Part shown: positions 37,214-51,130 of the stretch, in pieces | Layout: every line of letters begins with the position of its first letter | Numbering within the stretch: the first letter of the stretch is position 1 | Assembly (NCBI GenBank): GCA_040954595.2 | Contig: CM082594.2 | Location: 2,126,247-2,190,246 of the forward strand | Reading direction: 5' to 3' | Source: Balanoglossus misakiensis | Lineage: Eukaryota > Animalia > Hemichordata | DNA: 64,000 bases | The notes under the pieces: model-generated | The model's input: only the letters and a program-made list of their open reading frames with translations | The model's database searches: none | Told to the model about the DNA's origin: nothing | Translations under genes and position numbers: made by a program

Positions 37214-38446
37214 GGATCATATGACTAAGTGTCCAACTGAGCGCTTCTTGGACTCTGCCATTCTCTGGGAGGGTGAGAGTGGCGAGTCACCTGAATGGTC
37301 GTAGACATTTATGAAAGAAAAAAACTTTAATTTATTTTGGAACAAAACACTGGATTTTCTTAACAAAATTACTCTTTTATATTTTGGCCGTGAATGATCC
37401 GTTTGTTGTTATGTTTTCTCTTTTTAGTGCAGGTGAGCGACCGATCTCCATAAAACCTGATCCTAAACCCTACTAACGAATACATGAGAAGTCCGGCGGC
37501 CAGTTTGCAAGTCGGCCAGCGCTTACAGTCGGCCAGTATTAGAAGTCGGCCAGTATGAGAAGTCGGCCTTGGTACTTTGGTACTTTGCGTTTTATAAATG
37601 TTTCACTACGAAATGTTTCCTTGATGTACAGGAGCTGAGATATCTGTACAAATAGCCGATGAATTTTAAAAACTGTTGGAATCACTTCGCATGTATGTTA
37701 ACAGTCCCTTGCACTTAGCTGCGCTATTGTGCTGTCAAGATTGTGTGTGGGGGGGGGGGGGGGGGGACCGTCCATCTGAACATATTTAGTGCAATTATAT
37801 TTTATTAAGCGTTGTTATAAGTAATCTGGGTCATTACTGCACTATTCGGGTTCAAGTTCAACAGCTGGCCGACTTCTCATTGGACGGGTAGTGGCCGACT
37901 TCTCCTACTGGCCGACTTCTCAGGACACCCTATTAACCCTAACCTTAAACCCATAAAATCGTAAAAAGTAATGTCATAAGTTGCAGCTCATCATGTGCCT
38001 TTAAATAAGAAAATCCAAAAACCACAATTATAAGCACGAAATTCCAATAATTTTCAAGAGTAGGCGTGGTGAGGAGTGGATGTAGACAGCAGACACGCAT
38101 AAGCATAGTAATCATTAGACTAGCCCACTAGTCGCTTGGTGATTTTTAAATCTCAATACTTTTTATGTTTTCGGTGTTTTTTGTCTTAATAATTTCAATA
38201 CTTTTTGCGTGCATGCTTGCCTTGGGCGTGTTTTGCTAGTGAGGCGAGTTTCGAATTTGGGAATGAGCTTGTGGTTTCGGGTAGACGCGCGCCGACGCGT
38301 TCCCTACACATAATGAAGCCCGTAGACTTGGAGCAGGTCTGAGTAAGCATTTGAAAATGGCGTGTTTGGTTTGCGCGTTGTCCCCACCAGAGAATGGTAG
38401 TGTCCAAGAAGCGCTCGGCTGGCACACTTTAGTCAAAATGATCCCT
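37214..38446. mobile_element. TIR element with ~55-bp imperfect inverted ends
   Basis: GACTAAGTGT…GAGCGCTTCTTGGAC.CT.CCATTCTCTGG at 37222-37268 is mirrored at 38385-38434. Exact termini and TSD are unclear. Confidence 0.65.
37478..37929. mobile_element. MULE-like MITE with subterminal AAGTCGGCCAG repeats
   Basis: Repeats are inverted between the two ends; 8-9-bp near-identical flanks (C)CTACTAAC / (C)CTATTAAC. Confidence 0.65.
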
Positions 38447-40374
38447 ATAATCTAGTATACTGTTGACAGTTACATGTAAACAACGCTGTCGCAATTCCTT
38501 GAAAAATGATGCGGACGCCCGGGAACGTTCACTTGAAAGTTATTACAACATTTTTGAAAGTATTGTCATTTTTAATGTGGATTTTTGGATTCTCCTTTGT
38601 ATACATAATGAAAATCCGTAATAAAATATAGAGGTCACCGCGCTTGTTTTTTAAAAAAAACGAGCCATGAATTAAGTCGATAAAAAAAGAAAACTACAGA
38701 CTCAGTATTTATCACGAATAATTTGTCTATGGGGAAATATTTAACGAAATATATCTCGAAATTGAGCGCGGTGACCATTCGATTTTACTGGACTGAATGA
38801 ATGAATTAATTTATCTTTACTTGACAGAGCTATCGTGAACATTACAACAGTAGAAGTGGGTTTTCTAGCTATTCCACGTGTAATCCTATGGAAAAAAGAT
38901 GAACGCGCGTAGTTTTCCAGTTTAATCTGGTACTCACTGGATACCAAGTACCCCTGCCATTGCAATAGGTGTTAATAGTATTTTCCCTTTGCATGCAAAT
39001 ATCCTTGAGTCGCCCCTTTTGTCTCGATAAAATAATCGATACCGTGACAGCAGTGAACTGTAACCACCTGTATTTTTACAATAGTGTTTTTCCGAGTTGG
39101 ACTGAAACACCAATGAGCGACGCGTTTCTCCGAATGCTGAAATATGCTCTATGCGTTTTGGCGGTTGAATATATTTGAATATATTTTATTTGAACAAGAC
39201 GTTCGAGAAACAAACCTCATTTTTTCACAGGGCGAGCTCCAAGCAACATCTTACAGAAGCGGATCTCTGCGTGCCCGTGTCTCCAACCTGCTGCGATGCG
39301 CACTAAAGATAAGTTTTCCTTTTACATTTGACATGATTTACTGGTTAGACCTAAATTATATGTATACTTTCAGCCCGGTTCAAATCCATTGTACTGCATT
39401 TTCTGTGTATTTTACCGGTATTTTCGGAAAGACACGCGCCTAAAATGTACCACGGTTGGGTACAAACGATTTGTCCAGTAGACATGTACACATGACGTTT
39501 TCGAATTTCGTTCTATGATTTGCATGATCGGTGTTTTTCAAAGAAAATAGGCTAAATCGATTGCAAAACGCGCCATAATTTCGCGATATTGGTAACCTTC
39601 ACATGTAATTAAATGGGCCGACCGGTTTATAAATTAGCTGTCCATATGAGCCAGGATCTGACAGCCGACCTGCAGACTCAGGCAGTTCGCACATGCACCA
39701 CATTGCACCAACCCACTAACCCCTGTCTGGGGCTAGAGGTATGCTGCTAGATACCTATGGGGGTCCAAATTCTCCTAAAATTTTCGGTAAAAACAGTTTT
39801 TTTTATGGGAAAGATAGGCGTTTGTCATTCACGCAAAAGTTTTTATCTGACACGCGAGATTTTAGTTAAATTATAGGTGACTTTTGCTATCTAAGTTGCA
39901 TGTTATAAAACGGCACAGCAGTTCATTATTTTTATTCGGAAAGGTGGAAAGAAACTACATAGTTGCAAAACGCCACAATTTCGCGATATCGGCCGTCCAG
40001 TTTACAAATTAGCTGTTTGAAACTTTTCTGAAATGATAGGTGTCTTCGGTAAACTAAGTTGCATGTTATGTATAAAATAATGACGCGGTTGATCGTTTTT
40101 ATTCGGAACAAATAAAGAAACTGCCTGGTTGCAAAAAAGTCTTCGCGATATCGGTCTTCCAGTTTACAGATTAGCTGCTTGAAACTTTTTTTTAAAACAC
40201 TTTCGAAGATAAGGATGCGCGCCCAGACCAGTTCCACCAATTCTCTCGGCAATATCGCATAGGCCTAATTCACGAAGAAGCCCCGCGCCCAAGCTTCTCT
40301 GAAATTCCGTTTTTCGTTTCTCAACACCATTTCTTTTCCCCTTTCCCAGAAGAATATTTGAAAGTTTCATCCGT

Positions 40375-41040
40375 CCACACAAGTCTCTTTCTGCTTTCTC
40401 AATAGTCATCGTGTCAGAAGAGAAGACAACCAAACAGCAGATTGGCACCGAGCGAGCGAGCAGGAAAGGCACATCTTTGATGACCGGATCTTCAAACTGC
40501 AATATTTGTCCGACAGACACACTTCGTTTTCGTTCCATGATTTTCCTGCCACACAAGTCTCTTTCTGCTGTCATCGTGTCAGAAGAGAAGACAACCAAAC
40601 AGCAGATTGGCACCGAGCGAGCGAGCAGGAAAGGCACATCTTTGATGACCGGATCTTCAAACTGCAATATTTGTCCGACAGACACACTTCGTTTTCGTTC
40701 CATGATTTTCCTGCCACACAAGTCTCTTTCTGCTGTCATCGTGTCAGAAGAGAAGACAACCAAACAGCAGATTGGCACCGAGCGAGCGAGCAGGAAAGGC
40801 ACATCTTTGATGACCGGATCTTCAAACTGCAATATTTGTCCGACAGACACACTTCGTTTTCGTTCCATGATTTTCCTGCCACACAAGTCTCTTTCTGGTG
40901 TCATCGTGTCAGAAGAGAAGACAACCAAACAGCAGATTGGCACCGAGCGAGCGAGCAGGAAGGGCACATCTTTGATGACCGGATCTCCAAACTGCAATAT
41001 TTGTCCAACAGACACACTTCGTTTTCGTTCCGTGATTTTC
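40375..41040. repeat. Tandem repeat, 165-bp unit x4, near-identical
   Basis: GTCATCGTGTCAGAAG at 40405, 40570, 40735 and 40900. Confidence 0.95.
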
Positions 41041-41634
41041 GCGATTGGTGTTTTTTTAAGTGACCCTTGAAAGTGCAATATTTAAAGTTATAACGCGAAC
41101 GCCCATAAGATCAATTTTTCATGGCCTTTACTTGTTTCAACAAAGTCATGCCAGAAGACACCAACTTTGAAGTCAAGATACCGGTAAACCAGCCCATTCT
41201 CGCCATTCTCTTTCTGTCTTCTCAACAGTCAGACCCAGAAGAAATTAAAGAGAAGGCAACCAGATTTCACGAAGGAAGGCCCACGCAAAAGTCATGCTGG
41301 AAGAAACGAAATTTGACGTGAAGAAACCAGCAGTAAACAAGTCGCCATTGTATGAGAAATGGACTTTAAAGAGAAGACAAAAAGAATCCGGCCCACCACC
41401 ACCACCCCACTCCACCAACCTCAACATTACATATTCTTATTTGGCATCTTGCCACATTATATTAAACAGTTTCTTTCTGCTTTCTCAACAGTTACTGTGT
41501 CAGGTGAAATCAAATTTTAGGAGGAGGCAATCAGAATCCAGTGCAATCTTCGACATATTATGCTACGCATCCGTCTGTATGGTCAATCCATCTTTCCACA
41601 CATACTAATCAATTTCTTTGTGATTTCTCCACAG

Positions 41635-44599
41635 ATTTATCACACAGATACCCCAGGATGAAGACCAGAAGAACCAGAACACCAAGAAGAAGACGAAGAA
41701 AAACCCAGCGTTAATTACAGTATGTGTTAATCCATGTATAAAATGCAAATTTATTTTAAAATATTCTAACCATTTTTTCCCCTTTGATTCCTTCAACAGA
41801 TACCCCCGGATGAAGACCAGAAGACGAAGACCAGAAGACCAACGAGAAGACGAAGACCAGAAAACCAACGAGAAGACGAAGACCAGAAGACCAACGAGAA
41901 GACGAAGACCAGAAGACCAACGAGAAGACGAAGACCAGAAGACCAACGAGAAGACGAAGACCAGAAGACCAACGAGAAGACGAAGACCAGAAGACCAACG
42001 AGAAGACGAAGAAAAACCCAGCGTTAATTACGGTATGTGTTAATCCATGTATAAAATGCAAAATTATTTTAAAATATACTAACCATTTTTCCCCTTTGAT
42101 TCCTTCAACAGATACCCCCGGATGAAGACCAGAAGACGAAGACCAGAAGACCAACGAGAAGACGAAGACCAGAAAACCAACGAGAAGACGAATACCAGAA
42201 GACCAACGAGAAGACGAAGACCAGAAAACCAACGAGAAGACGAAGACCAGAAGACCAACGAGAAGACGAAGACCAGAAGACCAACGAGAAGACGAAGACC
42301 AGAAGACCAACGAGAAGACGAAGACCAGAAGACCAACGAGAAGACGAAGACCAGAAGACCAACGAGAAGACGAAGAAAAACCCAGCGTTAATTACGGTAT
42401 GTGTTAATCCATGTATAAAATGCAAAATTATTTTAAAATATACTAACCATTTTTCCCCTTTGATTCCTTCAACAGATACCCCCGGATGAAGACCAGAAGA
42501 CGAAGACCAGAAGACCAACGAGAAGACGAAGACCAGAAGACCAACGAGAAGACGAAGAAAAACCCAGCGTTAATTACGGTATGTGTTAATCCATGTATAA
42601 AATGCAAATTTATTTTAAAATATTCTAACCATTTTTCCCCTTTGATTCCTTCAACAGATACCCCTGGATGAAGACCAGAAGACGAAGACCAGAAGACCAA
42701 CGAGAAGACGAAGACCAGAAGACCAACGAGAAGACGAAGAAAAACCCAGCGTTAATTACGGTATGTGTTAATCCATGTATAAAATGCAAAATTATTTTAA
42801 AATATACTAACCATTTTTCCCCTTTGATTCCTTCAACAGATACCCCCGGATGAAGACCAGAAGACGAAGACCAGAAGACCAACGAGAAGACGAAGACCAG
42901 AAGACCAACGAGAAGACGAAGACCAGAAGACCAACGAGAAGACGAAGAAAAACCAAGCGTTAATTACGGTATGTGTTAATCCATGTATAAAATGCAAAAT
43001 TATTTTAAAATATACTAACCATTTTTCCCCTTTGATTCCTTCAACAGATACCCCCGGATGAAGACCAGAAGACGAAGACCAGAAGACCAACGAGAAGACG
43101 AAGACCAGAAGACCAACGAGAAGACGAAGAAAAACCCAGCGTTAATTACGGTATGTGTTAATCCATGTATAAAATGCAAAATTATTTTAAAATATTCTAA
43201 CCATTTTTCCCCTTTGACTTCTTCAACAGATACCCCCGGATGAAGACCAGAAGACGAAGACCAGAAGACCAACGAGAAGACGAAGATCAGAAGACCAACG
43301 AGAAGACGAAGAAAAACCCAGCGTTAATTACGGTATGTGTTAATCCATGTATAAAATGCAAAATTATTTTAAAATATACTAACCATTTTTCCCCTTTGAT
43401 TCCTTCAACAGATACCCCCGGATGAAGACCAGAAGACGAAGACCAGAAGACCAACGAGAAGACGAAGACCAGAAGACCAACGAGAAGACGAAGACCAGAA
43501 GACCAACGAGAAGACGAAGACCAGAAGACCAACGAGAAGACGAAGAAAAACCCAGCGTTAATTACGGTATGTGTTAATCCATGTATAAAATGCAAAATTA
43601 TTTTAAAATATACTAACCATTTTTCCCCTTTGATTCCTTCAACAGATACCCCCGGATGAAGACCAGAAGACGAAGACCAGAAGACCAACGAGAAGACGAA
43701 GACCAGAAGACCAACGAGAAGACGAAGAAAAACCCAGCGTTAATTACGGTATGTGTTAATCCATGTATAAAATGCAAAATTATTTTAAAATATTCTAACC
43801 ATTTTTCCCCTTTGATTGCTTCAACAGATACCCCCGGATGAAGACCAGAAGACGAAGACCAGAAGACCAACGAGAAGACGAAGACCAGAAGACCAACGAG
43901 AAGACGAAGAAAAACCCAGCGTTAATTACGGTATGTGTTAATCCATGTATAAAATGCAAAATTATTTTAAAATATACTAACCATTTTTCCCCTTTGATTC
44001 CTTCAACAGATACCCCCGGATGAAGACCAGAAGACGAAGACCAGAAGACCAACGAGAAGACGAAGACCAGAAGACCAACGAGAAGACGAAGAAAAACCCA
44101 GCGTTAATTACGGTATGTGTTAATCCATGTATAAAATGCAAAATTATTTTAAAATATACTAACCATTTTTCCCCTTTGATTCCTTCAACAGATACCCCCG
44201 GATGAAGACCAGAAGACGAAGACCAGAAAACCAACGAGAAGACGAAGACCAGAAGACCAACGAGAAGACGAAGACCAGAAGACCAACGAGAAGACGAAGA
44301 CCAGAAGACCAACGAGAAGACGAAGACCAGAAGACCAACGAGAAGACGAAGACCAGAAAACCAACGAGAAGACGAAGACCAGAAGACCAACGAGAAGACG
44401 AAGACCAGAAGACCAACGAGAAGACGAAGACCAGAAGACCAACGAGAAGGCGAAGACCAGAAGACCAACGAGAAGACGAAGACCAGAAGACCAAGGAGAA
44501 GACGAAGGAAAACCCAGCATTAATTTCGGTATGTGTTATTCCAATAATTTCTTTCATGCACTTTACTAACATTCTATTTCTATCTGTTTATCTCTACAG
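41635..44599 (+). repeat. Higher-order tandem array of exon/intron-like modules
   Basis: 13 modules. A constant 79-nt GTATGT…T(A/T)CTAAC…pyrimidine tract…CAG segment alternates with blocks of a 26-bp GAAGAC-rich repeat; module lengths 182, 208, 234, 312 and 364 (182+26n). Confidence 0.93.
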
Positions 44600-47143
44600 A
44601 TCACACAAGACCTGGACCTGGATGCGCACAGGGGCAGAGGTTTGGGGGTATTGGGCCCTTCCCGGGTAAGAACGAATTGTTTGATTTACTGTTCAAATTT
44701 CAGTTTGCAAACTGAGTTGTGGGACTCCTTCCTTTAGATAGGGACACACGGCCTTGTAATGGGATTCTGGGGGCAGGCCCTTTTAGAGTAGGTGCCGTCA
44801 TAGTGGGTAGCTTCACGTGCTGACGGTGTAATCTAAACATTGGAAAAATGTGTTTTCCAATGTTTGGAGACTAAACCCACTTCCCCAAAAATGTAAGCTG
44901 TCCTTTGAGAACCAAGTTCAAGAACACAGTGAGATGTCTCCAGGAATGAAGTCCATGGTGTTAGAAGATCTTGCCTGGCAGTGTGTTTTGGATCATGAGA
45001 TTATTGGGCATGGCAGCTAACCAGTGATCAGGTAAATGATTGTACAGTGTTGCATTTCCCTGTCATGATGTTAAATATGCATATTTGCGACATCTTTTTA
45101 AGACAACTAGATGATGTAAATCAAAATTTAGCATTTTTAGGAGATGTCTAACTGTAGTAAGCCAAACACCAGTAAGAACTAAAATATCTCCACTGGAAAA
45201 CACAGTTTGACCAGCCTCTTGATTGAAAACCAAAGGAGACATGTTCCTGTAGCAAATGGTTTCTAGGGAGAAACTTGAAAAGCAATGACTGTTCCAGATT
45301 TTGTTTTTTTCTTTGCTGGCTTTAGTTGATTTTGTGGCTTGATTGTTTTGCAGGGTGGTGTGCAATTGGAGGAGAGAACTTGTTCAACATGAAGACCTCT
45401 GGAGAAGTTGTCTGTCCATCATGATGTTTCTGGAGCAAGACACTTGGAAAATAGGTCAGTCGTTGAAGTATCATCTAGAAAGGTAGTCGCTACCATTCAA
45501 ATTAATATCCTGATGGCCACGAAAGTATTCTTTCAGTTTTTCTAATGACCTTCTTTGAAAAAAGGAGAAAAAAATATAGGGTCCCCATGCAAAATGTTCC
45601 AGAAAATGGTACCAAAACCACCCAATTCAACAAAAATTGGGATATTTTGAAAAATAGGAATTTTCTTCAGAAATCCAATGTTTAGAAATCAGCTATGTTA
45701 ACACCTTTCCATAAATCTAGTGATGCGTCAAATCCATGCAACTATAGGGCCATAGCACTATCGAGCTGTTTATCAAAATTATGCAAGGTCAATTTTCAAT
45801 ACACAATTAATCAGCTACCTAGACATTAACAGGCTTATTACACCATTTTGGTTCAGGTTCAGAAAGAACACAAGAACATCTGATTCTATGTTTGTTCCCA
45901 ACACTGCAATAAACAAATTTGTCTAAACTGAAAGGAAAAAGAGAGGAAATTATTTATACTCGGCTTTTGTTGACTTGAGATGGGCTTCTGATTGTGTTTA
46001 GAAGAAGGATTTATTATTGAAGTTGGTAAATTTTATCAGTCATTAATTAAAAAAAGGTTGGAAAATGTTAATTACAAGGTTTTCAAAGAGCTTTGAGACA
46101 TCTTGTGGAGTTCAGCAGGGATGTAAGTTGTCTGCTACATTTTAAATTTTTTTTCTAAATGATTGCACTGATATTTTGGGGGAAGCATCTGATTTTCTAG
46201 TCGAACTGGATAGTGTCAAGTTAAAACTGTATTATTTATGCAGATCGATGATTTATTGCTAAATTTAGAATCTACGGAAGGGCTTCAAAACTGTGAAAGC
46301 AAACTAGGTGTATACCGCCAACAATGGGAGCTCACAGTAAATGTCAAAAACCAAATTTATGATTCTCAACAGGCCTAGGAATAGCAGAATGGTAAAAAAA
46401 ACTGTGCCTTTAAAATTCATGGTGAAATGATCAGTCAAGCCAAACAATTTGGTGTATGCTTAATACTCCTAATGGCAAATTTAAGCAAAACCAGTTACAC
46501 TTGAAAATGAAAACAATGAAAGCACTATTTACTGTTAAACGTTCAATTCTGTATGCTCCTCGAGCTGGTATTAGGAGTGAATAGGGTAGATTTCTAATCA
46601 GAATGAAAATGTTGAAATTCAGTACCCATAATGTAGAAATATGGGTACTTGTCATCATCAAAAAGAATTCAAATTATTTGATGTAAAATCTGGGTCACTG
46701 CTGTTCAAGAGTATAAAAATTAAGTAAGAAAAAGACTTCTGTAGAATCTTGGAAAATTTCTACATAATGTTACAATTTTCAAAATAATTACTGTACTTTA
46801 CAGCACTCTCTGATCGTGCATGTTGTGTACTAAATAAAATATGAATTAAAGGCTAGAGCGCATAACAAGTTTTCCGCAAAACTCTGTAGGATAGTCCTGT
46901 GAAAATATTCACATCGTGAACTGCATTAATACTGAAAAGCCAACGTTCATTGACTACGCCCTCTGGAGGCCAGTCTCGCGACCTCTGTTGACCTTGCAAC
47001 AGGTCAATACATGTCAGCTGGTTGTAAGATTGGCTCAGGTCAGGTCAGTTGTTTGTGGAGTGTGTTGAACGCCTCCGATACATGGGGGACTGTTTTGGAT
47101 TGTTTTCCATCATTCAAAATCTCCGGCGTAAATTGTCGGGACC

Positions 47144-49926
47144 ATGCTGAGTTCAAAAAGCCAAGATACGGGATCTCTTGGATGGAGATTGATGAACGCA
47201 TTCACGTGTGCACTGTTTGCTCTGTTTGCTTATGTACAGGTACGTGTTGGTCATTTCCGGGTTTGGACACATTGGACCACGCCACGCTCCCTTGTGCGTG
47301 TTTGTGCAAGATTTCATAGACTGATAATAATTTTATATCAGTCTCGACAGTGTCAAAAATAGAGCCACAAAATGTGTTATTCCTTAATACCATAGCCAAG
47401 TCCATCGCGTTACCAAGACCTGACATATTGTAGATCCAAAATATTTTCCAATTATTATAAATGCGTTTTGTGCATGTACATGTACTTTTGGAAGCCTTTC
47501 TAGTCCAGAGTGTGGTTAAATGTTTTATTTTATAGAAAACTTAATGTCCATGTGAACTACACATTTCAAGGTTAAATTAAGTTTGCAGGAGTATCAGATT
47601 CATGCAAATGATGAAGAAAAAAATAAGTTAACAAATTTTCCAAATAGAGCGAGGTTTATGATGGAAATTGGTCAGTATGAGATTAAAGGCAGTATCTATC
47701 ATGCTTGTTTGGACCAGTACTGGCCGAATCGGAGCAAATAAAATGTCAGTGATGCTTATATTTTTCTTTGTTTGCAGAAAAATGATCCTGACCCAGAGTT
47801 ATGGATGGTGAGTAACCGTGGTAACCATCAAATGTTCTGACTGCAGGGTATTTTATTTATGATTCATCTCCAGTCTCTCTGCAAACAGAAATGACAGCTT
47901 AACTTACTGTTGGGTGAAGGAAAACCGCTGACTTTACCCTTTCTGTCAAAACAGTGGATAGAAATTACCAAGCAACATATTAGACTACTTGAAGTTAATT
48001 TTATTCTAAATTCTTAGTTTGTCATGGGAACACTGTAGCTGTTATCTTTGTCAAAAAGACATATGCTAGGTGCAGAAATTTCTGTTCATTTTCTGTGCCA
48101 GTCTTTGTGAAGTAGCACATTACTGGGGTGTGTCCAATGCACCTTGCTTCCATCAATGGAACACACTCTAATATTAATTGTAGAAATATTTCTATGTGAA
48201 ATAAGTTTTCCGTGTCAGAAAAGGTACTTTATGAAATTGAAAACTGTGCAAAAAATACTGAAAGATATTTTCTTTGTTTGTTTCAGGCTCTTTACATTAT
48301 ACCTACATTGTTGTGTCTGGCTGTAGCAGTGTCCAGTCATGTGACAGGTAAGTTGACTTTTTATGATGTAATTCAAACATTAAACAAAATGTTTAAGGCA
48401 GAAAAATACAACCATGGATGTTAATCTTGAATGTTTATATTGAGACTTCTTCAAATTGTAAAACTAATATTTTTGTGCACAAACGGTTTAATTACCCACA
48501 ATGCCTTAGATATATTCATTGTTGTTCAGTTGACATTTTAGAAATGTCATTCTGTCACAGCAAGTTAGTCTTTAACCAAAGTTTCTGAATCCTCCATCAC
48601 AGAGATGAAAGGTCAATGATTTTAATAGCTTCATGTACCACTGAGGTTAATGTGTGATGATTTTATATTTCCACAAATCTCGTGTTTCTGGTTTAATTGT
48701 TGCGATTAAAGCAACCATAAATCGGACTACAAGACAAAACTAATTATTTCTTTGTTTTCTCTATGCAGATAATCCAATATGGCGGATAACCTGCACACTG
48801 CATGTCATTGCCATGGGTTTGCTGTCGCTGTATCTGACAAAGACGATAAAAGACAGCGAGACAGAAATGAAATTCTATGAAATGGAAGAAGCCAGGTAAG
48901 TTTAGTGTTTGATTTAAATGGTGAAAGCTGCAGTGATAAAAATTTACAGTTTTAATAAATATGTCTACAATGTAGCCCTCACGAAATAAATTTTCAAAGC
49001 TTTAATAGAGTCAATTTGAGAATTAAAAAATTCTCTGAGTCAGCCCTATACCTTTGCATGTAGTGTTGATAATTTTCTTGAGTCACCAGTGAGTTTGTTG
49101 GGTCAGTGGCGCCTCATATCAGCTTAGAGGGCACACTGATGTCCAGTAGAACAGAAACTGGGGGTACTCAAAAATTGATAGTTTTCATGTTTTGGCAATG
49201 GTGACAAATATTTTGATTCTGATCAATTTCTACAATAAAATTAATAGCCACTGTTTTTATTTTTTATTCACAGAGAACTTGGTGGATTGGTTTTTGTTAT
49301 GCTGTGGTTGATCATCTGCGGAAATTCTTCAAGGTCAGTTTTGTCTCCAGATTTTTGTTGCAGTCTTAAATTATTCATAAATATACACAGGCTGTTGTCA
49401 CACTTTTTTCTTTTGAGGATTTTTGTTCAAACAAATTAGAACACTTCCAGGACTAGATCGGTTTAAAGGTCTAGTGATGTGGTGTAATTTGAGGCACAAT
49501 TTGTCACCTAATCACTGTTACATGTACCATGGAAAATGCAAGTACAGACAGTCACTGATTTTCAGTTAGTACGTGGCACATCCCCAAAAAGTGCCACGAT
49601 GGCTATTAGAATACTTAGACACAACCTTCGGCCATGTAAAGTCATATGAAATTTTCATATTTATAATGGTTGCAATATTTTCAGGAACATCTCTTTACCA
49701 CCCTTCATTGTTGTCATATTTTTTGTTCGCCAGGTTGCGTTTGAGTTTGACATATCTGACACTTGGTTGCGCTGTGCTGGCATCGGTTCCTATCTTGATC
49801 TGGATAGGCGTGTACATCAACACGGAGTACAGAGAGAAAATGCCGGAACACTGTAAAACTGTCATGTATGCAGATAAGGACTCGTTGTGGAAATCGAAGG
49901 ACCAAGGAAAATGGCGTCCTGTCTAA
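47144..49926 (+). CDS. TMEM220: Transmembrane protein 220 (exons 47144-47239, 47778-47807, 48287-48347, 48769-48895, 49274-49333, 49734-49926)
   Basis: All junctions are GT-AG and in phase. The protein WRLMNAFTCALFALFAYVQKNDPDPELWMALYIIP…EEARELGGL…YINTEYREKMPEHCKTV carries the TMEM220 motifs Q.NDPD…W…Y.IP, EE.RE..GL and P.HCKTV. Confidence 0.93.
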
Positions 49927-50619
49927 GCTGGAACCTTGTGGATATATACCGTACTGAGACACTGGTGTTGACTGTGACATGCACATTGCTGTAATGTATG
50001 GCTTGGAAGCTCATGTTAGCCACAGACAACTTTGATATGGACATGCAGGTGAAAACAGTGATGCACTGCATTGTTCCAAATCTCCTGGACAATTCCTCGA
50101 ACAATAGTGCTGCAGCGCATTGCCTATTGGCATAGCAACCTTAAATAACAAAGCATAGAGACTTCACCGTAGCAGTAGTGGCCAAGTGCAAAAGTGACAT
50201 GGGGAAATAATATTGTTCCGCTATCCTGATTTAATTAAATGAATCAAACTTTGGCTCAAACCTAAATCGTGGGTAGTTTTCATGAAAAGAATTCATGATC
50301 CTAGCATTCGGAGTGTTTGACACAGGCTCAAATTTAGCAGAAGTCACATGTCAACTGACTACCAATGCTCCTTACAGACTAATAAATTTTGCAAAATGGT
50401 GGTCACCGCTGACTACCAGTAGGTGGAGCCATTTTAACTGTCAACACTCTATTACTAGAAGGCATATATGTTGCTAAAAGTTTGTAGGAAAATTTTCCCT
50501 GTCAGAATTCCATTAATCAAATTTTCAGCCAATGTTTCATGATTTTATTTGTTTGTTTGGCAGAGTGCTTTCATTTCAATTTATAAAGTTGTGTTGTTGC
50601 TTTAGATATTGTTTTAGTA

Positions 50620-51130
50620 TTCTGGACCGTAGTAAATGACTTTCCTAGCTCAATTCAGACTTGGAATTTTGCCAGTACGATTTGAAACGGGCGGATTTGG
50701 TATATTTTACACAGAGAATGCAATGGAAGACGAATTTCACTTTCTTTTACACTGTACTTTATATAATGGAAATTTATTTGATATTACCAGCAAGCATTTT
50801 CAAGATTTTCAAGAATTGCCAGATACGGAGAAACTCAAACTCTTCCTCAATGACATGAGTCAAGGTACACCAAAACTTATTGCTAAATGGGTAACGTAAG
50901 TCCCTACTTTACAAAGTACATGTACACTGACTGCCTATACCTTGTTTTGTCTTCAACAATTGTGTGAGTTCAGGTATTTTCAGAAACCTGTGTTAGTGTG
51001 TTTTTCCCTCTTATTTTTATGTATCCTGACTAGCAACTCGTATGAGAATGTATTTATTATTTACAGTGATGAATCAGCCCATTGTGGCTTGTCGTATTGC
51101 ATTTAAGTCAATAAATAAATATCTATTTAT
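50620..51130 (+). mobile_element. 3' fragment of a non-LTR retrotransposon
   Basis: LAQFRLGILP.R.ETG…EDEFHFLL.C..Y C-terminal zinc-knuckle region, followed by an AATAAA-rich tail near 51110. Confidence 0.65.

Noticed and set aside
40164-41078. 304-aa repeat protein
   Set aside because: The 165-bp unit is open in several frames on both strands, and no domain or independent coding evidence was seen.
41635-44599. CRISPR array, or the many 61-184 aa ORFs on both strands
   Set aside because: The spacers are copies of one 26-mer rather than unique sequence, there are no cas genes, and the ORFs arise from the stop-poor repeat.
49685-49733. Frameshift in the last TMEM220 exon
   Set aside because: Using the acceptor at 49733 (TTTTTTGTTCGCCAG|) keeps the frame intact.
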